Source of the DNA: Ylistrum balloti
Taxonomy: Eukaryota
Length of the DNA: 64,000 nt
Direction of reading: 5' to 3'
Assembly (NCBI RefSeq): GCF_031769215.1
Contig: NW_026782084.1
Coordinates: 62,001 to 126,000 of the forward strand
The position numbers and the translations under genes were made by a program. Positions within the stretch are counted from its first letter, which is position 1, and each line of letters starts with the position of its first letter. The notes under the pieces were generated by a model. That model saw nothing but the letters and a program-made list of their open reading frames with translations. It did no database searches and was not told the origin of the DNA. Shown here one piece after another: positions 1 through 12,824 of the stretch.

Positions 1-1444
1 TATTTCCTATTTGATTGAATTATAATTGCAAAATTACGAGGCGACACATCACATATGACTATAATGTAGAGCATTTTATCTTCTCCTTCTGATCACCATT
101 CTATTAATTGTAAATGGTCAGTCATGAAAGCTAGTTATAATCATCATTGTGCCATAGAAATGTCTTTAACATAGCTAATGTTTTAGATATCTAAGCTAAA
201 ATGAAGTAAGATAATCGGGTTTTACACGTCATGTGAACTAAACACACCCGAGTTTAAGTACTCATGTCTCGTCGTAAGCAGAAATTGTACCTCTGAACGA
301 GTAGAGAAGAATGTAGCCTTTCTTACATTGTCTCGTGTTCCTAATTTACGTCTAATCCAATGAATGTTTATAGAGACCAGTGTGATTTGACATTTAGGAT
401 TTGATGTTTAATGATTATCATCTATACGAAAAAGATATTTTATACCATCAAACGATATTTATTATAGAATTAATGTGATAGAATAAAAGGATTATTTTGT
501 AAACACTTTATTTGCGGATTTAACGATCAACATGATTCAAGGACACGATACATGAATAATCAGCACAAACTTCCGTAAAAATCTAATCTGACTTAATTAC
601 GTTAACCTTTTCCTTAATACGTAATAATTAGTACGTTCAATGTTACCATTTGAATATTTTTGACCAGTCTGACAAACGCTTTACTTAATGTACACTGTCT
701 ATGTTCCCCTCACAAATCTACAGTAAACACCTATTTCAGGGTGTCTTAAAGTATGGCTGGTGGTGAAAAACACAAAAACACCAACAAACTAGAAAAATCT
801 TAATTCAAATTTGAAATAGATCAAATGAGGACAAAACAAGCCAAGAAGAAATATTCACATGGACACATATTAAGCTAAGAAATTAAGATCAAATGCTTGG
901 GAAAGGAAAGTGTCTTCAGCTTCATCAACGACATGGGCTTTATAAATCTGAGTCTGTAATTTGATTATATCAAATCAAATGGAAACACAAGCATGATTAG
1001 CCACAAAAGAGCCCAGCAGTTATTATAATAAGTATCTAACACATCTTATTTCACACGGGGTGTTATTATTTAGAAATAGAAAATTTACAATACGGAAAAC
1101 GAAATCATCATTTTTATCCTACAGCTTGGAATATAGTTCATGTTGATTGAGTTGGAAAAGAAAAAGAAATAGGACAAATGTGGAAGAGTCTGTTGTATCC
1201 TTGAATTCCAATTCTTGTGGGTATACATGTAGACACGGCCAATGAATCTATTGGAAAAAAATGCTTTTTACTTAATCGAATGTTTACATGAGATTGAAGT
1301 TAAATGATGCTGGTATGATCATGGCTAAACCCAGAAAAAGGGGAGATAGTAGATTTTATTTATTACAATGTCATTTTTTCGGTTTTGGTGATAATCCGAA
1401 AATTGTACAATATGTGTGAGAGAACAGATCGAGGCACTGACAAG

Positions 1445-1864
1445 CCCTTGATCTGTCCTCTGTCACACATATTGGCCTTGATCTGTCCTCTCTCACACAT
1501 ATTGGCCTTGATCTGTCCTGTCTCACAAATATTGACCTTGATATGTCCTCTGTCTCACATATTGGCCTTGATCTGTCCTCTGTCACACATATTGGCCTCG
1601 ATCTGTCCTCTTTCACACATATTGGCCTTGATCTGTCCTGTCTCACAAATATTGACCTTGATATGTCCTCTGTCACACATATTGGCCTCGATCTGTCCTC
1701 TCTCACACATATTGGCCTTGATCTGTCCTCTCTCACACATATTGGCCTTGATCTGTCCTGTCTCACAAATATTGACCTTGATATGTCCTCTGTCACACAT
1801 ATTGGCCTCGATCTGTCCTCTCTCACACATATTGGCCTTGATCTGTCCTCTCTCACACATATTG
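1445..1864. repeat. 30-bp minisatellite, ~14 copies, with recurring unit variants
   Basis: Unit atattggccttgatctgtcctctctcacac repeated head-to-tail; variants (..ctgtctcacaa; ..gaccttgatatg..; ..cctcgatc..) recur in 90-120 bp blocks. The four overlapping ORFs here are by-products of a unit length divisible by 3. Confidence 0.95.
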
Positions 1865-2464
1865 ATTTTGATACCAATATACCAATAGTCTGTTTTAGAC
1901 GTAAGTATTACGAAATACGCTTCAGTATAGTTCACAACCATACATTTATACCATAGTTCACATTTCTTTGAAAAGAAAGCTCTTATAACAAGGGAACGAA
2001 GGCGTTTTTTTGTTCCAATCAGGGTATGGTAGTGAACATGGTGGTGAACATGGTGGAAAAATCAAATGTTCTTATAGAAGAAACGTGTTTTAGAAGAGGG
2101 TGTTGTATATTGGCCAAAAGCTAATTCAAGTGCTTCAAAATCCACATACTATTAATTCCACTTCCTGAGTAAACGATATGATAGAAAGACTGTAACCCGA
2201 ATTTGATAGTACTTAGAATGGTAGTTAGTAATTTAGACAAAGCTTTGTTGACGATTAAGTAATAAAACGTTGTGTATATGGATTCTTTTGAAGTTAAGGG
2301 ATCCAGTATAAATGGGAGAGGTCCGTATCCCTATCACTAATAAGTAATCTAAATGATTGTAATATGAAAGCATGATAAGCTAGTATTTCGTCTTTTGAGA
2401 GCTTGCATAATGTGTAGATGGGGTTTCATTCGTTATTAAACAACCCGGTTATTTTTTAATACAG

Positions 2465-2543
2465 GTAATGCAATACCGTTTGCAGACAAGGATCAAGTTA
2501 CTGGACACCCTATCTTCAGCAGTCACAATAACAAACCTGCCAT
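2465..2543 (+). other. Possible orphan internal exon
   Basis: Acceptor ttattttttaatacag and donor at|gtaagt flank 79 nt with two open frames; no partner exons identified. Confidence 0.2.
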
Positions 2544-2599
2544 GTAAGTCTTGACGTGTGTATTTAACATCAGGATCGAGGAAAGCTGACTTGTGTTTT

Positions 2600-3550
2600 G
2601 TTTTCATTTTCGATTTCAAGCTGCAAAGTCTTTTACCAATGATGGACCGAATGGGTTTAACCCACTCAGAAAATTAATCCAACATGTTCTCCTGTCGTCC
2701 ATTCTCTGGCATAGTTTTCAACAGAATTCATAAGTATCTGGAAATTCACATTGTAATTAACGGACGGGATTTCACGATATTTGGGATTCTTCATGAAAAG
2801 ATCTCGTAGCTTAACATTTTGAATAATGCTTAAATCACTAGTTGTTATATGCCTAGTTGTAACATAGTTATCAGTAGAGATAGAATAAGTTGACGGAGTA
2901 CTAGTTCTGAGGTCAACTACATTCACTTGCTGCAGCATTTGTTTGGTTGAAAGGTTTGTATGCATTGGTCTTGGAGAAATTGTTGGAAATTACAGGGGTG
3001 TTTCTACATTAATAGTATGGTGGAATGTCAGCCTGAACAGACTTCTGGTGCAAAATATTGCTGATGTTCATAGCATCAACTCCCTTATTTACAAACTAAG
3101 TTGTTGGAGGATCGCGGCCATCTGTACTTTTAACCTTTTTAGGTCTAAAGAGCCTGATTTGTGTCACATCATCAATAATTTTGTGAAGTCTCCAAGCTAG
3201 TTTCCTTAGGTCACGAACAGAAGTTTTAGCTGAATCCACTTGAAGCTTTTGTAGCACGTGGAGATGAAGCGAATATAACGTAGTTCGAACATGATGGACA
3301 CCTAATGCTTGCTGTAAAGTATCCAGAAGACAAAATGTGAAGTGAAATGTATTCATTCTCTCCAGTATACCTGTTTACTTGCTGGTCTCGTTGACATAAT
3401 CTGTCTTATAGTTTTCAGAAGGTGCATGATTAACATTGCAGGTGTAGTCCGTGATAGAGAAAACGCTCAAGAATCTGGTCATTCTCGTAGATTTTTCAGT
3501 AAACTAAAAATTCCTTTCTTGATATTTGAACCTATTTTTATTGAAAATTA
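2600..3550 (-). mobile_element. Degenerate Penelope-like retroelement fragment (region N-terminal to RT)
   Basis: ORF 2666-2965 reads HITTSDLSIIQNVKLRDLFMKNPKYREIPSVNY, resembling the GHVITGDLxIIxNxKLRxLxxKGPKYREP motif I recall from molluscan Penelope-like elements; frame broken on both sides; boundaries approximate. Confidence 0.55.
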
Positions 3551-4476
3551 GTCTGATTTACGATTTTGCTCACATTTTTTAGATCAGATTATGTAACAGC
3601 TTTAAAAAAATTTAAATGTTTTATAATCATAAAAAGACGCCTATAACAGTTACATTGGTTTCATTAATAAAGCCATATGCTATTAAAATAATGTAGATTA
3701 TCTAATTATCTTAAAGTTTTTGAAATTTTTCAAGCTCCTCCATAAAAGTATGTATTCTATCAATATTTGTAAGCAGAACATCAATTTTGAATTTGAATAA
3801 AAAATCTGTTGATATATCGAAATCTGTTTTGCAAATCGACGAAATCTCAATGTCGAAAATGATTTTTGCAACTGTGTGTTGCTAACATAGCATGTACGTT
3901 TTCTTTGGTTGAAAACTAAGTATAGCTACGGTATTAAACCAATTAACCAATACAATTTCCGGAATACTTTTTACATTTTAATTTGATTCTAATTGCGGTT
4001 TCCATCTTTAATGTAGTCACAGTATTACAGGTTGTTTGGTAAAAAGTCTAGGTAGCTCTGATTTCCTTATATTTATATAATTATAATGACTGTGTATGAC
4101 ATCATGTCCCCGATGATACAAAAAGGATACTTTACTGAGGGTTACTGTTGCTTTCAATGCAGTGTTTGGTACTCTGTCGTTAAGTATGGGAGTAAGATAT
4201 ATATATTTGAAAAAAAGGCTTCCGAGTAAGCGAACAACATATCATTTCCATAAATGTATTCAAATAATGTTCTGTTGTATCTTACGATTAGATAGGCTGC
4301 CATGTCAACATTGGTAAAAACACAATGTTTTTTTTTATTCCAGTTATCAATGAAGATGTCCATTTTTGGATAAAGGTAAGGAAATAAAAAAGAAAGAAAA
4401 ATATTTGTGGTTTCATTTCAATTTATTGGAATGTTTAAATCAACAATACATAACCGTTTGTTCCCGTTGTCCCTCC

Positions 4477-6057
4477 TTAGTATTTGGCACCTAAAAAGGA
4501 TACATATCTATTAATAATTGACGTCAGCATAGTAACTGTTAGTTACTGTGTTTTCAGTATTGTGCTTCTTATCGCGAACAAAGCAATGGTTTTCTGACCT
4601 GTTTGAGAAATTTTTATTTGATTATTTTATAAATTTTGGTTTATAGATGCATTTTTAGTTGAAATTACTTCGCATACTCAGTGTGCTAAATAACCTACCT
4701 TCTTGTCCACCGAATCCTCCACTTCCACCAAAGCCTCCACTACCTCCGAATCCGCCACCATTGCTTCCTCCAAATCCACCGCTTCCTCCGCCGCTCATTC
4801 CTCCGAATCCACCTTTTCCTCCAAATCCACCATTACCTCCAAATCCACTGCTACCACCAAATCCACCACTTCCTCCAAGGCCGCCACCGTTCATTCCTCC
4901 GAATCCACCTTTTCCTCCAAATCCACCATTACCTCCAAATCCACCATTACCTCCAAATCCACTGCTACCACCAAGTCCACCACTTCCTCCAAGGCCGCCA
5001 CCGTTCATTCCTCCGAATCCACCTTTTCCACCCAATCCTCCAAATCCGCTGCTACCCATACCTCCGAATCCTCCACTACCACTTCCTCCAAATCCACCAC
5101 TTCCACCGCTGCTCATTCCTTCGAATCCACCTTTGCCTCCAAATCCACCACTACCTCCAAATCCACCGCTACCTCCAAATCCACCGCTACCTCCAAATCC
5201 ACCGCTTCCTCCCAATCCGCCATCGCTCATTCCTCCGAATCCACCACTTCCCCCAACGCTTCCTCCTTTGCCACCAAAACCACCTGCATTTCCACCGAAT
5301 CCTCCACTACCTCCGAGACCAGCAGCTCCTCCAAGTCGTCCACTACCTGCTCCGCTCATACCACCAAATCCTCCTTTTCCTCCAAGTCCACCACTACCAC
5401 CGAGTCCACCACTTCCTCCAAACCCTCCACTGCTTCCGAAACCTCCACTTCCTGCGCTTCCCCCGCTGCCTCCTCCAAAACCACCACTTCCTCCGCCATA
5501 TTTCCCTAAATCGATACATAACTTTCATTTAATGTATGGACGTAGAAACGCTTATTATTTATCGCTCAATTCTACAGGCTTCAGTGCTGAAATAATATTA
5601 GTTTTTATTCACCAAAAGTGAATGTATTGTATGTGAAAGGTAAAGGTAATTTCATGATCGATAGCTTATTTATGCAGGTTTGTACTGTTTCATTTACCGT
5701 CTCTTCCTAATTAAACATCCATGTTTACTTATAATCCTTTTAACTAATACTCGTATATGTAGCACATTCCATCTTACAATGATGGCAATTGTGTTGATTT
5801 AGAGTGTTGTTTGTTTTTTAATATTATTAATTTCATACTCTATCTTTGATAAACAGCGATCATAACATACCTTGCAAGTTTATATTTGGTAATTTATCTT
5901 GTTTAGATGTATGTTGATATTAAGATTAATGATAAATGACAGAAACAAGTGTGGTCATTCAGGATCATGTTGATGTTTTACGTCAATGTAATGTAAACCT
6001 ACCTGCAGCGTTGACGCTGACCAGTAAGAGAGCGGTTAAACAGATGTAGGTATTCAT
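4477..6057 (-). CDS. Abductin-like Gly-rich secreted protein, copy A1 (~291 aa)
   Basis: CDS exons 6057-6003 (MNTYICLTALLLVSVNAA G|gt), 5505-4699 (ag|GKYGGGSGGF...GGFGGN/S/K and GGM repeats...GGQE G|gtaggt; 807 nt = 2+804+1), 4490-4477 (ag|GAKY*). Non-coding exon ends 6447; AATAAA at 4422-4427. Signal peptide and GGFGGMGGG-type repeats resemble scallop abductin as I recall it. Confidence 0.88.
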
Positions 6058-6519
6058 GTCGCTGAATCTGAATGAAAGAGTAAGTAATGTATTAGGAATA
6101 TACCACTAAAGACACACGTTTTGTTTAAAACATACATAAAATATTTGAAGAAAAATGAAGCAAAAGAATGGAAAACTGAAGTAAGAAAAAACTTTACAGA
6201 TTATGAAAACGAAAAATTTCTTTTATCAGACTTGATATAAACATTTTGTATCAGTGTTTAAAAGCAATGTCAAAAATACACATGGTTTTACCTTGATTTA
6301 CAGCTAAATATACATGTTAATTCTGTATATTTGAAAATGTAGTCTTTTCCTCGGAAAATCAATACACTTCAACGGAAATGTGATAAACGATAAAGTGGTT
6401 GCCTCAGCTTAAAGATATGGATATAAAAACGGTATAAGGTATTTACCTGTATTCACTTGCGTGCGTCTGTCCTTGGAAATGCAGAGGAGATTTGGCCTGC
6501 ACACCATTGAACACGCAGA

Positions 6520-6551
6520 CTATTTATGCTGGAGAAATGGAAATGACGTCA
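6520..6551 (-). promoter_or_regulatory. A1 core promoter: TATA-like CATAAATAG plus CRE/ATF site TGACGTCA
   Basis: Plus strand ctatttatg 6520-6528 and tgacgtca 6544-6551, upstream of the short first exon whose donor is cag|gtaaat at 6447. Confidence 0.65.
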
Positions 6552-7363
6552 CATGGTCACAAAGAAAAGCCTACGTAATCAAGATTTTTTTTGTGGTCAG
6601 AGATTTTCTGTACAGGAAACCACAGCATTAAACTGCCATTGCGTAACATCGCGTCGTTTGTAACTTTCCTTTCTATCAACTATTGTATAAGTAATCATTG
6701 TCCTTTAATTCTACTGATTGCTTTGTTGATTACAAGACAAACGTATGTACCCTTTACTGCAGTCTTATGTTAATTGCTCTGTTGCAATGAAAGGTGAATG
6801 TTAGGTTGAGGTTCCAAGGCAGGAAATGTACACGACAACGATGGGTTTATTTTCAAAGTAACGTAAGTCGCTCCTGTCTCCTATCTTAAAATTGTTGCAT
6901 CACGCGATTGAAGTCTGAAGGAAAGCAAACGCATAGCACACAAGAAAAACATAAATTGATAAATTCAAGGAAGTCATTTGATATAATATACATGCATATG
7001 TAATATTTCATTTTGAAGTTTGGATTGCATTTCTATCCGTAGCAATTTGATTAATATTTGCTAAAGTAAAACGAAATATGCTAATTTTGCTGTCAACGAT
7101 AAATAAAAACACATTTGTTAAAACATATTGAATTTATAAAAGGATTGAACAACAAGCCTAAAGTCTATCAAAGTTATCTTTGTTGCTTTCGGATATATAA
7201 TATAAAATATACCTACAAAAATAACACAAAGGTTCATCTTTAGGCTTTAAACTCATCTCTCGACACATAAGGTATATGGATAGAACATAAATAAATCAAT
7301 CAATAAAGAGTAAAAAAATACACGAATAAAAGAATATATCGATAAGTTTATGCAAAACTCATA

Positions 7364-7539
7364 NNNNNNNNNNNNNNNNNNNNNNNNNNNNNNNNNNNNN
7401 NNNNNNNNNNNNNNNNNNNNNNNNNNNNNNNNNNNNNNNNNNNNNNNNNNNNNNNNNNNNNNNNNNNNNNNNNNNNNNNNNNNNNNNNNNNNNNNNNNNN
7501 NNNNNNNNNNNNNNNNNNNNNNNNNNNNNNNNNNNNNNN
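7364..7539. other. Assembly gap (176 N)
   Basis: Run of n. Confidence 1.
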
Positions 7540-10500
7540 ACATAAATAATAATGATAAAATAACCTATAAAAGACATTATAGATTTATAACTTATCACAA
7601 AAACAGGTATACGGTATCCACAGAGAAGAGCTGGACATAGACAATATCCGTATTATTGATAGGGGTATAAATTGGCATGTCATTACTGGGCTGTGGAACA
7701 AGAGGGTTTCTTGGTATGACTATTTTATCTTAAATTTGACAGATAGTAGCTTGCATTTTTCTCTCTCTTCGACAGGTTTGAAGCAACAATAAATGCTAAT
7801 CTTTAAACCTTCAGGCCTTATGGTTAAACCACGAAAGAAAATTTCTTGCATTTCGTGAAAAATAAGTCAAAAATCGAAATAAAACATACTAAGAAGGATG
7901 AGATTAACAAGATCAAGGGAATAATATAACGGATTCTTAGGATGGCAAGCAAGGTACTTAGATGAAGTGAATGCAGAAGGAACGAATTGCTATACCAATA
8001 TGTGATATTTTTCGTGAAAAAAAAATCTACACAAAGTGTCCGGAGAGAAAGCATTTAAGTAAATATATTTAGAATGGTTACGTATATGGGTTCATTGGAA
8101 AGACCATTGCATGTTTTGAACGTGCAAAACAAGTGATATGTACAGATGTCTGTGTTCGCCAAGCCTTCGGTTAGACTTCTATAGCCATTTCCAGGCCGTC
8201 AACTTAAAGATAGTCATGTCCTGGATTGTGTTAGCTTGCGGAGATTTTGTACCTGTAGCGATTGTCATTCTATTAATGTGACATTTTCTGTGAGCTAGAT
8301 TCAGAGTGAGCTTGTCGGTAAGTCCCTGAGGAAAATACAAATCTTAGGATCTTCTAAAACTTTATTTCCAATTGTACTAGCGGCTGTCCGTGAGACACTC
8401 AAAGGTACTGCAAGGTCACTACCAACGTTGTTGGTTTCATCGATCGTGAGGATTCTGGCGCGGGTAGGAGAGATATATTACGACACCTCTGACTCCTTAA
8501 TTTGTGCTATATCAGCGCGACTATATGTGCAGAGTTGGTCATTGGAAAAATCTCAACTGTCCAAATTATAGCCACCCTAAAACTTGAAGTTAAGTATTTC
8601 TTTATATGTTTGATCGAAATCTATGTGATAAAAAAACTCTTAAGTTATAATACCATTAGTGTGTCAGGGTTCAAAAGCATTAACTTCAATTCGTTATTTC
8701 TATATTGCTATTGTTAGCCATCAAAATACAGCCACGTAAATGTACATGTTATTGTGTTAATCAAGTTGAACTGAATTGAATCAACCCAACAGTTTGGGCA
8801 TAAGAAATTAACTGACTTATCATATTAAATTCGGTGATTGGAAGAATTGTCACGCAGGGTGACGCTACCATATATCAGTCAATTTAGGTTAGACTCGGAA
8901 GTTCATGTCGTTTTCAGGAGTGTTAATGTCGTTCATAAGCAGCTGCCACTTAAAATGTTTTCAACGGTCAGACCATTGTTTTAATTACCTAACACGTGGG
9001 TTTTGTTTTCTTGCCGTTTTGAAAGCGAAACGCCTTTATTTTCATTTTCGATTGCCATTGGTTTTATGCATCTTAAATGGGCAGGAAAATGTTCTACTAA
9101 GTTTTGTCAAGTTTTAGTTTTACGAATAGTCAATAGTATTCTCCGCATTGAAGTTGACACCAATGTTGTTCCACATCAAGCTTGATTCCCTTCCATATCT
9201 TCCATTTCCATTCAAGATTTTTCATAAAATTCCAAGATATCATTGTTTCACTCGCTTAATGTGTTCCTCAAGAGGTCGTATATATTCCTTTCAGATTTAG
9301 TTTGCAATACATACATGTTCTATTAGTATGCATAGATGTACGTAACAAATTGTGGGTGTGGAAAGATATATAATAGGCTTTCAATGAATTAGATAAACTG
9401 ATTGAAATCTATCCTATCGTCCTGATATTTTTCACACATTTGATGCCCTCGTTGTTAAAGATGTTTTGTTTTGTTTAGTAATTTTATGTGAAATTCAGCT
9501 TGGTGACTAAGCAATATTTCTTTCTATGTGGAGTAAACAGATTGTCGTGAAAGTACGGCCATAAACAGACCAGCGTCCTGATTGGCATTTTATGAGTGTA
9601 GTGACTTGGAATGGAAGAGTCCAATAGATAGGTAGACTTCCTAACTTTCTGATTAGTATTGGGTTAAGATCTGCTTCTCGACATCAATGTGGCAGTCAGA
9701 GCTTGAGCTGGCGATCTAATAACTCAATATATTTGCACTTGGTCTGTACAAATCCGTTAAGGAATAATGATAAACTATTTGTAATATATAAATGTGTTAT
9801 ATTTGTTAAACATATTAAATAAAATATGTTAAAAATAAAAGAAATGAATCCTTAGAGATTTTTTCTTGCCTCTTAGCACTGGGCGTAATATACGCGCAAG
9901 CTCCTTGCTAACGTTTTGGTCTGATGGAACCTCACGCTCATATATATGTACATACGCACTACTCTGTAATTGCATAATTGTTCACAAATGTGTATAATCC
10001 CATGACACGTGTTACGGTTGTGTATTTCGTTGTAAATTAATATATATGCTCGGGTGCACTAGTCTTTCTGAAGATGTTCTTACTTATAACATATATAACG
10101 AGGTCATCTGGCCTTTCCAAGGCGACCTACATGTTATTCGATGGGTATTTAAGATGTTTACATAATCACGTGTAAGTGACCATTATTTGCTACTAAATCA
10201 AAATGAATAATATTAAATTAAATAAAGGAGTTAACTTGGTGAGTGAATAGAATTAATTTTGTTTTGTTATCGAAAGCAATACATTTACGATTGGTTAAAA
10301 AACAAGAAAACAGTTGAGGTATTCGATATGCAATACATAATTATATCACATACAGGAGATATGAAAATCTCATCTATTTCCATAGGCCACAAATATATAT
10401 CGACAAATAAGTCTATACAAGGTGAACTCTGGTTATCATATTGTACTGTTAGTATTATATTGCTTTTGATGAGCTTGTTGGTGTAAAGTAACGGAGTTTC

Positions 10501-12494
10501 TGATAAGTTCATTGATATCAAATCAAGATCACTTTATATGTATAGTGTTACTGAGATTTTGATGAGGTTTGTTGATAGACCTTGTGAAATTAATGTCCGA
10601 AAGTGAATCCGATGCCTGCCGTCGTTTCACTCACTCCCTAATCAAACAGTTTTTATTTCCTTGCAATTATCCTGATTTACGTTATGATGAATTAGTTTAA
10701 CGATATTTAGACCCATTCATGGAATGCTCTCTTGCGTTATATTTTAGAGATTTTGTAAATTCTAAGGCCAGTGATTCTATTTCAAGCTTGTCAATATTTG
10801 TAATGATTATCAGAACAAGAACATTTCCGAAAGAGAAGTTGTCAGAAGGTCTTAATTCTATAGTTGCAGTCTCTGACTGTTATTTTCTATCAGAACTGTT
10901 GACTGCAATATAGTTGAGCTAACTGAAAGGAATGACAGGGTATTACCGTTGTGAAAATATAATGAAATGTTAGCTTAGATGGACTTTTGGTGAACAATTC
11001 ATGTATAATAGTTTTAAAATGTCATATGTTGCAACCAATTTTCCAAACATATCTTGATAGCATACTGAACATTAAATTGGAGGAAGACTTCTTAAACATA
11101 CGTCAGATAATCCTACCTATTTTGAACTACTCTGAAATATTTTCCTTTCAATGTAACTTTTGCTTATATGTTCAGTGTGACGATTTCCTTGACATGTTAA
11201 ACTTTATGAAGGCAATAAGTGATTGTTCTCACTTGCCTTTTATGAGTCAACACTTTATACCCGCTGCATAATCCAAAACCGGACAAAAAAGGTTGATAAT
11301 GCAGTTAAATTAATCATTTGGCTATGCTGCATTTAATTATTAGTTCATATTGAAAAAAAATTGTTCATTTCTGCGTCTTTGGTAAATCAGTTACGGGCGC
11401 CATCATGATGCTGTTTTTTTATTGATAATATTGTATAATATGAAGTTACATGTGTTCGATGCTCATTAGTGTACATGCTTTCCTGTGGGTTAGTTATTGT
11501 AATCTGTCTTCTAGTTTTGAGATTGTGCCATTACTCTGACGTTTTAATATGTGCAGTTTTAACAATTGCCAGTATACGCCCAAAGTGTCGATGACACTGT
11601 ATATTTTTTTTCTCGAAAACAATAAGTTAAAAAAATTCCTTACTGGTGTTGTCCATGAAAGAGAAAACACTCATGAATCTGCCATTGACATCTCATAGAT
11701 TTTTTCAGTGTGACCTTAAATATTTCCTTTCTTGTTATTTTGTCCTGTTTTTGTTGATCATGACACCGACTTACTGTTTTTGTTTACTTCTTGCTATTCA
11801 GATACTTCGATTTTGTAATAGGTCAGTACATTCAGAAGGTTTCATGACCCATTTTGTTTTTTAAAAGACGACAAGAAATGTTACATCTTCTTGAACAAAG
11901 ACACATGTCATGGTAATGATGTAGTTCATACACCAGTACACAAACGTTTCAAGCATATCATTCATATCAATATTCTTGCCGCCGTTACATCAATTTTGAA
12001 TATAAATTAAAAATCTGTTGACATATGGGTATTTGTTTCCAAATTGAACGAAACGCCAATAAAAAAAAATGAAACTATTTTTGATTTTCTTTTTCAATTT
12101 CTCTCCTGTCCCTCTCTGTTTTACTAATTCTGTCACTGTTTGTAACCCACTTTTGATTTGCATTTTCTTCAGTTTTAATACACCCATGTTTAAGCAATAA
12201 ATCACAACGATTTTCGAAATATGTCTTTAAGTGTAATTTGAATCTGACTTTATACAGATACACAAATAACTGACTCGGGTTGTCGTCTTGAAGATGTCAT
12301 AGTGCTGCAGGTAGAGTGGTAACAGTTCGGGTGTCTTTGATTAACTTAATGATAATCATTGTAAATAAGATTATGCCCAAATAATTCCAATGGGATAATT
12401 TGCCTATGTTTACTTATGTTTTCAACGTGCTAGGCGTTTGAGACTTTGTCCTTTACCACCATAACAACACCATAACAACATAAGTGACTTTATA

Positions 12495-12495
<1 letters not shown>

Positions 12496-12542
<47 letters not shown>
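12496..12542 (+). repeat. Poly(A) tract (~47 nt)
   Basis: Uninterrupted A run; possibly the tail of a retroposed insertion; no TSD recognised. Confidence 0.9.
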
Positions 12543-12544
<2 letters not shown>

Positions 12545-12824
12545 TTTTAAGGTTAGAAATCATCATATTCAAAACTATTTTTAGAAATAATGTTCTGTTG
12601 TGTCCTGCTATTAAGAAAGTCACCAGGGAAATATTGCTCAAAGCATAGCCTCCAAATGCTGTATACCGTCATCTTTGATTCTTGTAATCTCAGATACGAA
12701 GTTGATTTCACTTCTTTGATAAAGATAATTAAATAATAAAGAAAGAAACAAAATTTAGTTTTCTTTTCAATTTATTAAACTATTTATTCAAGAACCAATT
12801 ATTAGTCGTTCCCGTTGTTTCTCT

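Noticed and set aside
4659-5621. Long Pro-rich and Ser/Thr-rich ORFs opposite the Gly-rich exons (also 12954-13716, 20552-21463, 40499-42181, 53488-55323)
   Set aside because: Shadow frames of GGN/ATG-rich codons; the signal-peptide exons, splice sites and poly(A) signals all support the Gly/Met frame.
7253-7640. ORFs spanning the N gaps (also 60779-61355)
   Set aside because: Artefacts of translating N runs.
8050-9300. Slightly GC-richer stretch that might be decayed coding sequence
   Set aside because: Stops in all frames I tried and no motif I recognise.
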